64,000 nucleotides of DNA, taken from the NCBI GenBank assembly GCA_965202585.1, contig OZ241833.1, positions 6,758,001-6,822,000 of the forward strand, given 5' to 3'. The position numbers and the translations under genes are program-made. The DNA comes from Thalia democratica. Lineage: Eukaryota. The notes beneath the pieces are model-generated. The model was given only the letters and a program-made list of their open reading frames with translations. It was not told where the DNA came from and made no database searches. Of this stretch, positions 40,081 through 51,700 are shown one piece after another. Each line of letters begins with the position of its first letter. The stretch's first letter is position 1.

Positions 40081-40739
40081 GGGCATATGGGGGGAACACT
40101 CTTTTTTTTGAAACTTAATCTTATTTTTATAGTTTTTACTAAGTTACAAGATGCTTTTTACAAATTTAAAAAGTTCAAAATAATTTTTATGATATAGCCA
40201 GTCAAAGTCAGAGGCAACAATAGGTTCCTTATGGGAGGCACAAACTAAAGCAGCAAAAATAGACTATTTCACTAAAAATCTATCTTCTCCTACCTTTTTT
40301 GATATAACTACTTCAAAATTTTAGAGAAGTGTTCTTTGATATATTAAGGAATTTCTGTCAGAACAGGATTTAAAAAAAAATATATATATAAAATAAACAA
40401 AGAAAACTTTTTTTTTGTTATAAAATTCAGTTTTTTAATTTTTTTAAATTCTGTTCTGACAGAATTTTCTAGATATTGCAAGGAACATTTCCTGAAAGTT
40501 TAAGGTAGTTATCTCAAAAAAAACCTAGCAGGAGATAGATTTTTAGTGATTTCTAGTTATTTGCTGTTTTAGTTTGCGTCTCCCATAAGAAACCTATTGT
40601 TGCCTCCGACTTTGACCAGCTATATCTCAAAAATTGTTTTGAATTTTTAAAATCTGTAAAAAGCATCTTTTAGCTTAGTAAAAACTATAATAAATAAGAT
40701 AAAATTTTGAATAAAAGTGTTTAACCCCCTTAAATGCCT
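40081..40739. mobile_element. TTAA-flanked fold-back MITE (Kolobok-like termini)
   Basis: ttaa|gggcat...atgcct|ttaa. The two ~300-bp halves are imperfect reverse complements over nearly the whole length (e.g. gtcaaagtcagaggcaacaataggttccttatgggag vs ctcccataagaaacctattgttgcctccgactttgac). TTAA TSD with 5'-RR termini is the Kolobok signature. Confidence 0.75.
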
Positions 40740-41566
40740 TTAAATTATATGGATCTTGGCTAAAAATATCTAGCTCTAATCAATTTCTGTATTTTTTTAT
40801 TTTATTTCTTTATACAAACAACTTCTGAATCAACTAGTTATCACAACATTATATGTTTAGATACTACACATTTTTTTATTTTTTAACCCACCAACCATGA
40901 TTACTTGTTTTTATTTAGTTTTAGCATGCATAGATAAATGAAAACTTTTAAACAACTTTTTAGTTAGTATATAATTGAAAATAATGAATAGAAGTTGGAA
41001 TCGCGACCACCGCTTGTCAAATAATGTAAGCTACTTGAAATATTTTTTATTTTTTTGTTTTACAAAAATATTACAAACTGCATATGTTTTAAGATACTTA
41101 AGATTGATTTTTAAAATGTTTTACCATTTTTACTGTTCTTTAGAAACAGGGATTGACAAACTTTGTTCACAAAACACTAACTAGAACCCATAGTGTTTTT
41201 ATTGAACTAAAAACAAACTTTTTAAAAACATTTTAAAAATGTTTTTGTTTTACTGACATAAAATGAGGCTCTATATTTAGAGAAAAAGTTTTGTTTGTTT
41301 ATTACAGGGTTGCCACACACTCGGAATAACTCATGTTATTTTGAAATTTTTAAAATCTTAGGATAACTCAAGGATTTTAAGATATTGTGGTTTTTCTTAA
41401 ACTCAAGCTGATTCAAGATAGTTTTTTTTTATATATAAATTTTGTATAGTTTTAGAATTTCTTTAAAATCTCATGACAGGTTGTATTATAGATCTTGTAT
41501 GAGATTTTTTTGATCAAGTTTCTATTTTTTGTTACTCTATATAGTCAATTTTTTTAAAGCACTTAA

Positions 41567-42858
41567 AGGCATAGGGGGGTAAACACCCTTTTTTGGTTTT
41601 TGATCTTATTTTGTATAGTTTTTATTAAGCTACAAGATGCATTTTACAGATTTTAAAAATTCAGAATAATTTTTGAAATATAGCGGGTCAAAGTTGGAGG
41701 CAACAATAGGATCCTTATGGGAGGCAAAAACTAAAACGGCAAAAATAAACTATTTCACTAAAAATCTATCTTCTCCTACCTTTTTTGAGATAACTACCTC
41801 AAATTTTCAGGAAATGTTTCTTGATATATTTAGAAAATTCTGTCGGAACAAAATTTTAAAAAGTCAAAAAATTAAAACTTGTATAAAAAATAAACAAAAA
41901 AAAACAGTTTTTTTTAGTTTTTTTATTATAAAATTTTTATTTTTTATACAAATTTATTTAGTTTTTTTTGTCCTTCTAGCTGGCTCTTTACTACTCTTAG
42001 ACATTTCATTATAGTTTTTGTTTTAAGTCTGAAATAAATTTTTATCCTAATTTAAACAGTTTAGATATAGAAATGTTTAACTATTTGTTATAATGTTTTA
42101 AAAAGTATTATATTCTTTGGTATACAAAATTAAATACTGTGTTTACATTAAATTATGCTCAACTTCTTTATTAATGTCAATTGATAAATGGTCATAGGGG
42201 ATTCCAACATTTTTTTTTACAAAAATTAACTTTTGCTTTTATATGAAAGCTTTAAGTAGAAACTACAAGCCAGTTTTTATAGAAATCAAAAACGTCATTT
42301 AACTTTTGAGATATTTAATTTTTTTGTAAAAATTTTTTGCAAATTTTTTGAGGTCATTTTTTTTAGAAATTTTAAAATTTACTAAAAACCTATCTCATCC
42401 TTCATTTTTTAAGCAATCTTCTTCAAATTTTCAGCAAACGTTCCTTATAATAAAAAAAAAAAAAAACGTTACTTTATAATTTTAGTAATCAAAAAAATAA
42501 AAATTTTATTACAAAAATTTAAAAAATTGTTTTTTTTTTCATTAAAAAAAATTTTACAATTTTTTTTTCAATTCCAAAGTTATGTGTTTTTGTTATTGTA
42601 TAAAGATTAGACTGTGAAAGTTTGAAGAAGATTCCTTGAAAAATCTAGGAGGAGATAAATTTAAAATGAAATAGTCTTTTTTTGCTGTTTTAGTTTTCCC
42701 TTCCCATAGAGAACCTATTATGTGGCCTGACTTTGACTGGAAATATCTCAAAAAATATTTCAAATTTTTTAAAACGATAAAAAGCATCTTGAAGCTAAGA
42801 AAAAACTCTATAAAATCAGATCACCTTGTAAAAAACATGGTTTACCCCCTTATGGCCT
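41567..42858. mobile_element. Second copy of the TTAA fold-back MITE family, composite/nested
   Basis: ttaa|aggcatagggggg left arm homologous to 40081 ff. Right arm ~42600-42858 ends cccccttatggcct|tata. Internal segment from ~42190 resembles the left arm of the 47587 subfamily. Confidence 0.65.
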
Positions 42859-43991
42859 TATACTTTATATATTAAATCTTCAAAAGCAGCATTTCCCAGT
42901 AGTTAAGTAAATATCAAGTATATAAGCATACTTATATACATATCTCTACAGATTTTCTTTCTATTGTTTAAAACAAAAATGAACATGAGGCATAAGTAGT
43001 TTACAATAGATGCAAAATACTTTTGTAATAATTTAAAAACTATGTTATTACTAAAGTTAATTTAAATGACTGCAGCCCACAAATAACTATTTTCTACAAA
43101 GAAGCAAGTTTCTATGAAGTTGGCCAAGTATTTATAAAATTTACCATTCAGTGCTTAAAAGTAATTTATTGTTTATGTTTGCGTAATACATTTAATGTTT
43201 AAAATACAGTCTCATTCTACAAAGGGCTGATGATCTAAGTAGTACTATCAAAAATTAATGTCAACTTGAGTTTAAGTACACCTACATTTAAAGAAAAAAA
43301 ATTGCTTTTCTCTTATTTGATTATCAACTTTTAAATAAAATTACATATTTTATGTGTTTGTGATACTGTAAGTTAAAAGTATTAAAAAAGATTTATTGTA
43401 AAGTATTTATTTACCGTTAAAAGGTACCATGATAAAAAGTAAAAGTAAGGGTACTTAGATTAATAAGTATTTGCAGTAAGTAATGACCCACTAGCATAGC
43501 AATTAAACTGGCCAGTAGTTGGGGTACCTAAAAGGTTAGTAGATGTATGTAAAAACAACTATACAGTACAAAATCAAAAGAGAGCAAATGTAGACATGAA
43601 AACAAAAAGAACCATCTTAATTCTATTTTCATTGTTTCTTTTTTTTCTACAAATTGCTTCTTTAAGTTGCAATCATCAGAAATTTTAAATTTCTTCAATG
43701 TGACATTAAGATGTCTCAGTTTTCAAAGTTTTAGTCAATTGGTATTATGGTTGCCAAAAACAAACTGCTTATACACAGGGTTGATATAAAGTCAGCAATA
43801 TTTAGGAAAAACAAAAAAAAAGACAAAAATCAGGAATAAAATATAAACGGTTTTCCAAACAAAAGTCAGATAATTTAATATAAACATGATCTTAATAAGA
43901 AGTTAATCATCACTAAAAACTGCCTTTTCCTAATGTTTTTTCTGAATAGTTGCACAATTCATCTTTTTTTTAGGGTCTAATTGAATTTAAG

Positions 43992-44220
43992 AAAAAATAA
44001 ATAAACGATGGTTTAAAAATCTACAAGTTTATTGCATACAAGTTCAAATTGATTTTGGACAACAGTCCTTCATCAGTGAACTTCAAATTAGCAGAACTTA
44101 AATTTTAATTTTGAGTTCTGCTAGTTTGAAGTTCACTGATGAAGGACTGTTGTCCGAAATCGATTTGAACTTGTATGCAATAAACTTGTAGATTTTTAAA
44201 CCATCGTTTATTTATTTTTT
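43992..44220. repeat. Near-perfect palindrome (111-bp arms, 7-nt loop)
   Basis: Arms 43992-44102 and 44110-44220 differ at only 4 positions, all T(left):G(right). Confidence 0.95.
44129..44172 (+). ncRNA. Minimal type-I hammerhead ribozyme motif in the right arm of the palindrome
   Basis: AAGUUCA-CUGAUGA-A-GGAC-UGUU-GUCC-GAAA-UCGA-UU^UGAACUU. 7-bp stem I, 4-bp stem II, palindromic AAAUCGAUUU stem III; AATAAA at 44179. Confidence 0.8.
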
Positions 44221-45753
44221 TGTAACTATTGATGCAGGAAAAAAAATCACAAGTAAAAACAATTGACTGTGTCCTGGACTGATTTGAGAATTATTTATAA
44301 ATCTTGTCTGAATTTAAGAATAAATTAAAGTTTTTCAAGTATTTGGTTGTGTACTTTTAAATCGGTTTCAATTAAGAATTTGATTGAAAAAACTCTGAAA
44401 TCATTTTCAGCTTGATCTGTGGCAACTCTGCTATACAGATTTTAATTTATTCACAACCCAGTGCTGGCTGGTTGGTTGTAAGTCCACTACACCTTTGTTT
44501 TTTTTTTGTTCATCTAGTTATGAAGATATTAAAGAGTTATTGTAATTGAAAGTTTGTTAACAAGTGATAGGTTACATATTTTGGTGCCTAAACACAGGAA
44601 CAATAAATATAAAAAATTATGATTAGTTAAAAGCTAACAACAAATTTGCACATAGTTAAGATATAAGTCTGAAGCATAACTAAAGCAACAATTATGTTAA
44701 AATTAGTCTCTGCTTTTGACACAATACTTGAGCTAAAATACACAAAGCTTCTAACATTTTCTGTGTAATAATCTTTATTTTGCTGGAATCTTTATTTCTT
44801 GGTTTTGAATTTTAGGAATTAGTAAAGATGAAATCTAAGCATGATTATAAAATGTTACTGTATAGTTTCTGCAGGACTTAGATAAATTATAAGTAGAGTA
44901 AAATTAGAAAGTACCAGATCTTTTAATTTATCTTTATGTGGCTTTTCAGTGTGCATGGTTTCACTCAGGTCTTCTATAGAGTTTGACTCATACATTCGGT
45001 GCGAAAAGCTTCTTTAAACAGCATAAAAAACAAAAAGTTTAAACTTGAGATATGTTTGTTTCCTGAGCTGATGAAAGCTGTCTTTATTACACATACAACA
45101 CTAAGAATAAGAAAATTTAAGTCCTTCTAAAAGTTTTATTAGTGCATATTTTTTTGAGTAAATCTGAAGTATTACATTTTTTTTTACAAGTTATGTTGAT
45201 TGAGATTGTTTTAAAACTTTAAATATGATGAGGTTAAGTTGATCTATTTAGTTCTAAAATGTACTTTTCATGTAATATGTAAAATGTTATATTTAGATCT
45301 AGTTTTCAAGTTTCATTTAGTTTTAGAATTTAACCAAGTTCCTGTTTTGGTGACACCTATGTAATCCGTATAATAAAATGTTTTGAAACAACTTAAACTT
45401 TTTTTTAAATGACAAAAAAGAATAAAAAAGCGAATTGTCTAAAGTTTATTGCCTACTTATAAGTGTATACAAACAATTCCCTTAGCTTAAGGCTTGTTTT
45501 TTAAGTTAAACTAATTTCTTTAAAAGTTACGCTACATAAATATTTATTTTATGTTTGAATTTTTCAAACTTTTTAATAATTAACTTAATTTTGCTATCTT
45601 AAGTTTAAATCAAAAATTAATACTGCTATCTAAAATGCATGCTTTTAAAACTGCTCCTATACTTATGCATAACTATATAAAAAAAATATTATAACTGATT
45701 CTTACATATAATTACTGTACAAGTAGTAATTTGACTGAAATATGTACTAACAG

Positions 45754-48700
45754 TGGGATCCTGCTTCCGTTTATGATCATGAACTTCACGATGACGATGA
45801 GGAAGAAGAATTTTATGAAGATGATAATTTTGATGTGTTGCCTAAGGAAAGGTTTCCTTTTTTTTTGTCTATATATAAACAATTTTATGTTTGTAATAGG
45901 TATGATAGAAAAAGTTGACAAGTTTTAATTATAGTTAAAGTGTGTCAAAATGACGTGTGGTGTTTGTTAGTATCTATTGTAGCTGTTTTATACAGATCAA
46001 GGTTTTCCAATGGGAGCATTAATTTACCTCTATTTTAAGTCTGTTTTAGTATTTCTGTGGCCATTAACTAGTAGAGGGGTAAAATGGAGAATTTTTGAAA
46101 TTTTTGTTAGCCATAAAGTTTTTCCTTTTTATTTTTCTGTATTATTTACTTTTAGCTTTATTATCAACATTATACCCTGAGGTAAGACTTAAACCAGGGT
46201 TTGCCAAAGTTGGCAATATTAGGGAGAAATTACTGGTAAGGGGGCAAAAGAGTAAGTTGGTGATAAAATGTTAAAGTTCAAATAGTTAACTTAACATTAG
46301 TTCTTAGTTTTTATACTTTTAAGTATTTATTGTATATTAAATTTCTGCTTAAGTTTGTACGTAAAATAGCATCAAACAATCTTTTATATAGTTAGAGTTT
46401 TTGACAATAATTTAACTATTGAATAATAAACTTGAAAAAGAGTTATTATTTAATTGCTTAATATAAGTTGATCTTCTTTATTTCTGAATAATTATACATT
46501 ATTAAACCAAATTTAAACATTACATCATAAAAACTGTATACAGTTATGTTGCTAATTTTCCACATGACTCAAACTTTTTCTTTGAATAAAAAATCAATTT
46601 GTGATAGCTGGTACCACGGAAGACTAGAAAGGAGATTAGCAGAGGAACGGCTTTCATGCATGAGGCCAGGATCCTACCTGATTAGGATCAGCGAGAGGAA
46701 AACTGGATCTTACGTTCTCAGCTTCAACAGCTCTGAGAGCGGACTGACTCATTTCAGGTTGATCTAATGATTAGAATTGATCTTTCTCTATTTAGTTTTA
46801 GCTTTAAAAAAACAAGTTATCAATTTTACAACTATAAAACTAATAAACAATTTGTTTTGTATTTAAATGTTAAATTTGTTTTTTAGTTAATAAATTTCAA
46901 ATTAATTTATTTACTAATTTCTCTAAAATGGAATAAAGTATGGTATAATCTTATACTTGATTATATGCAGTATATCATTTGTTATGATTTAATATTCGTT
47001 TGTTTTTTCTCTGAATATCTAAAACATAGATTTTAAAAATAAAGCATTTTAAATTTTAGTTTTTACAGTCTTTTGATAAAAGTTAGTATATGTTACTTAG
47101 TTTACATTTAAAACAAAATAAAACTGTTAACGTACATTTTAAGTTTAATATACAAAAATATTTAGAAGCAAAGTATTTTTTTTCATTTGCATAGTGTTCA
47201 AAAACAGTAGATTATAAAGTTATTAGTTAAATTATTATATTTAGAGTAATTTCAATCTGTGGAGACTTCTACATAGGCGGAAGGCAGTTTGAAAGTTTAG
47301 AAGAACTTGTTTATTATTATTCCTACAAAGCTTGTCTGCTAGAAGTATGTTTTTGTTTACACTAAATCCATGTATATTGAAAGTTATTTTAAAATATTAC
47401 TTTAATTTATGTCTAGTGTTTGTCAATAGTTTATTTTATAAACTTTAAAGATTGTCTATAATTTACTCCATACTTAATGAACATTGAACACACTCTGTAA
47501 AAAACTTATTTAAAGATAAGAGCAAGTAATATATAATAAAACATAATTAGTTAGTTTTATACAAAATTTCAAATTGATAATCTTAAGGGCATGGGTTTCC
47601 AACATTTTTTTAAATTAAAAAATAACAATTGCTCTTGTATGAAAGCTTAAAATATAAACTAAAAGCTAGTTTTTATACACTTAAAAAGAATAATTAATTT
47701 TTCAGATACAAAAGTTTTTTGTTTAAAGTTTCCAATACAAACTAATGGACCAGAATTTTTTTATCACCAATTTTCTCAGAAATTTAAAATTTACTTAAAA
47801 TATATTTTATCCTTCATTTTTCTAGCTAGTGACCTTAAATTTTCCGAAAATATTTCTATTAAATTTTAATAGTCAATGTTGCGACTATAAAAATATTAAA
47901 AAATAAAAATTTAAGGTCAAACAAAAAAAAATTGGTGATTTTTTTTAATTAAAATCTTTATATTTTTAATTTCGAAAATTTCTTCATCAAATTGATTTAG
48001 GTATTAGTAATGGTACCGTGAAAATTTTAAAAAGTTTTAGTTAAAAAATAATTGAGAAAATATATTTTTAGTGAATTTTTTTTCGCGCTTTCTGTAAGGA
48101 ACCTATTGAGTTCACTAATTTATTTAGCTTATATCTCAAAAAATAATTTTAAATTTTTTAAGCGTTTAAAAATTTCTGGTAGCTCAGATTAAACTCTACA
48201 AAATAAGATCAACTTAAAAAAATCAAGGTGGACCCGCCTGTGACCTTAATTTAAATAATCTACAACATAATACATTATATACATAAACAGTTTTTTAAAC
48301 ATTGTTACAGGATGAAGTATTGAAATATCCAGTGGCACCACCTGAACCAGTGGATGACAGGAGGCGAGTTACTGCTGTGTTGCCGTACACCAAAGTTCCC
48401 GATGCCGACAATGACGAACTCAGGTCGGTTTGATGTAAAAGTTTCTGCAAAACAATTGTTGTTATATTATTACAAAAAATCTTCAAGGTGTTGTGTGGAT
48501 ATTGTTTTGAAATCGTATTCTATAGATAAGAAATAAACAAGCTTTACTACTTATTACAATTAAAACAGTTTTGAACGAGACGATATATTCATAGTTCACG
48601 AAGATTTGAGTCAAGACTGGATGTGGTGTACTTCATTGAGGACCAACGAACAAGGAATTGTTTTTAAAGGTTTCAAATATTTTTAAAAAACCTTTGTTGT

Positions 48701-51700
48701 ATAAGTTGTTGTTTATTTGCTTATTACATAATTATTACATATTTTTCTTAAACATTTTATACTATATTTGTATCAAATAAACATTAGTCATAATTAAGCT
48801 TGACTGGTTTGTTTTTTACAAAATAGAAACACGAAAAGTAAATTATACAATAAATTCTATTATTTAAAAACCATGGTTTTATTATTTTTAGGATCACTGA
48901 CAAACTAATAAATTATTTAGCCAATAAACAAGGTCTTAAACAAATACTTTAAATAAAGTTTGTAAATATTAATTAATTATTTTAGTATAAACACATAGTA
49001 ATTAAAATAAGTTTTCAAGAAAGTCAATTTATATATTTTGAAAAAGCATAAGTAGACTTATCAGTGTTTTAAACTTATTTCCGACCAAATAAGAATGTGA
49101 CCTACTAAACTATTAGTTAAAACATTCAAAATATCTATATACACAGGGCTTGTGAAAGAAGTAGATGAAAACGAGGACATACACACTGGTAAGGAGTGGT
49201 TTCATAACAGCATCACTAAAGATGAAGCGCTCAATTTACTTACTGCTGGTTTGTATCAACTAAAATCTTGCTTAAATATAGTTAACTTAAGTGCGGTTTA
49301 CTTATGAATTTATAATACAAATGACATAAAATTTTATCAGTTACTCTTAAAAGTTTTTTTAACTAGTTGTTCATATTATAGTTTAAATAAATTAGCAAGT
49401 TTTTAACATTGTTGAAAAAGGTTTTAAAAGTATGTTAAAGTTAAACATATCAAAAATCTATGTAATGTTTCTTTTAGCTCTGCTTACCATACTATTAAAA
49501 TATTTAATTTTTATGTGTAAGTATATAAGGTTATCTGATTTTAAAAGTATGCTACTATACTGCTTTCTATGTAAAATTCAACGAAACTACTAAAAAGAAA
49601 TTAACTTAGTTACAAAACTAGCTCGTACTTTTAGTAAGTTTTAACATCATTGTTCGAAAATTTTTCATTAAAAAATAAATACTCAACAACGTAACCCATT
49701 CAGTTCGAATTGACGGTAGCTTTCTGGTGAGGAAGTCGGATTCGACACCTGGTGATTACGTTTTGTACTTCTACAATGACGAGCAGGTACAGAGGTTCAA
49801 AATAAACACCGTTCATCAGCACAGCTACATTATGGGTGGCAGAAGCTATGAAAGGTATTTCAAATTAACTTTCATCAAAGTTTTGTTTATACTTTACAAA
49901 ATAGAATTCGTTAGACCATTCCAAATAGTAAAGTTTTAAATTTAATTAAAAGTTTTTTATATAGTTTTTTAATATCAAAAATATTAGCTTAAAGAAAAAA
50001 GTAAAGCTTAAGTATATTTTAATAAAAAATCAATGATGTTTAATTATTTTAATATTTGCAGTATTGACGAGATAGTGGCCAGATACAGAAACGAGCAGAT
50101 TGTGGCGGAAAAGTACCTGACTCAGGCGGTAGTCAAGACGACGGACGTTTCCGCGCAACGGCAAGTGGACATCTACGAGACGGTCGTCAACCAAGCGCAG
50201 ACATCGGCTTCCAGGGCGGCCATTCTGAACCAGAAAGGAGTGGTCAAGAAGGGACATCTGCTGAAAAAAGGTTTGTAGCTCTTTTTTTATGTATTTCAAG
50301 CATTTTTTAAAATATTTTACAGCATTTTAGACAATTCGGATTTGTTTTTTTAATTCACAAAGTATTGTTTAGATATTTATATAACAATTGTTTTTATGTA
50401 CCAAGCTAAGTTTAATTTATTTAAATTAATATTACCATATTTCCATGTAAAACAAGCTTAAAACTTTAATTAACTTATTAAGGTATGGGCAAGAGAGGTA
50501 AAGATACGAAGAAGTGGAAGAGCCTGTTCTTTGCACTGAACGAGAACAAGCAGCATCTGTACTTCTTCGAACATGAGAAAAAGACCAGGCCGAAAGGAAT
50601 GATTGATCTCAGCTACGGAGCTGTATATCCCGTTCATGAGAGCTATTTCGGCAGGTTTGAAATAAATTTATTGTTATTTGTTAATTTTTCATACAATTTT
50701 TTGATTATTTGAAATTTGTAAACAAAATTTATGTTTGTACTTCCCTTAAGTTAATAATGTTTTACAATTGGATATTTTATTCTACTTGACTATGTATGCA
50801 GATAAATATATCTAGCAGTGAATAGATTTTTAATTTTAGACGAAATATAATTTTGGTGTTACTTTATTAAAACTTAAATTCAGAACACAAAAACGGTTTT
50901 TACATTAAAAAAGTTAATGAAATTTAAACTTTATGTTATTGGTTTGAAATTTCTGTAATTATATTTTGATAACAAATCTTTTATACATAACACAATACAG
51001 TTATAACAGTAGTTTTTAATACTACCCTTTTATGATATTTTATGCGTTATTTGTGTTAATTTATACCCTTTTATGATTGTCCTTGAAACTTTAAAGAGGT
51101 AATTGTAATTATTCATAAACATAATTAAGTTAATTTTATAAAATTATGGTAGTAGAGGGAATCAGATACTTTAAATGAGTAACTATAGCTGCTTACCTAG
51201 TAAAAAGTTAAAAAGACATTTTACTATAATATAGAACTTTAAAATAAGTAAAACTATTTTATGAATTTTAAATTTTTTTCAAATATAAATGGCTATAAAA
51301 GTCATTTAGTTTAAGATTTTTTAGGTAGCAATTTTCAAATAATTAGTTGTATCACAATATTAATGCTATATTAGTATAACCAAAAAACCTAATATCAAAT
51401 AAATATTTATACAGACCAAACTGCTTTCAAATAGTAATTCGAGCATTGAGGGAAGAAACTTGCTGGTTCTTTTGCGCTGACACTGCTGAAATATCACAAG
51501 TTCGTTGCATAATATAGTAATAAATCATTATGAGTTTTTATTGTTTAATATTAGTAACGAAAAGTCAATTTGTGAAAGTTTGTTAGAAAATATAAAAATC
51601 AAAAACAGTTCTGTGACGAAACCCTACTAACAGATCTGTTTCCAAAAAACAGAATTGTTATAGTTTATTTTCTTTAGAGCTAGAACAAATAAACTACGAT

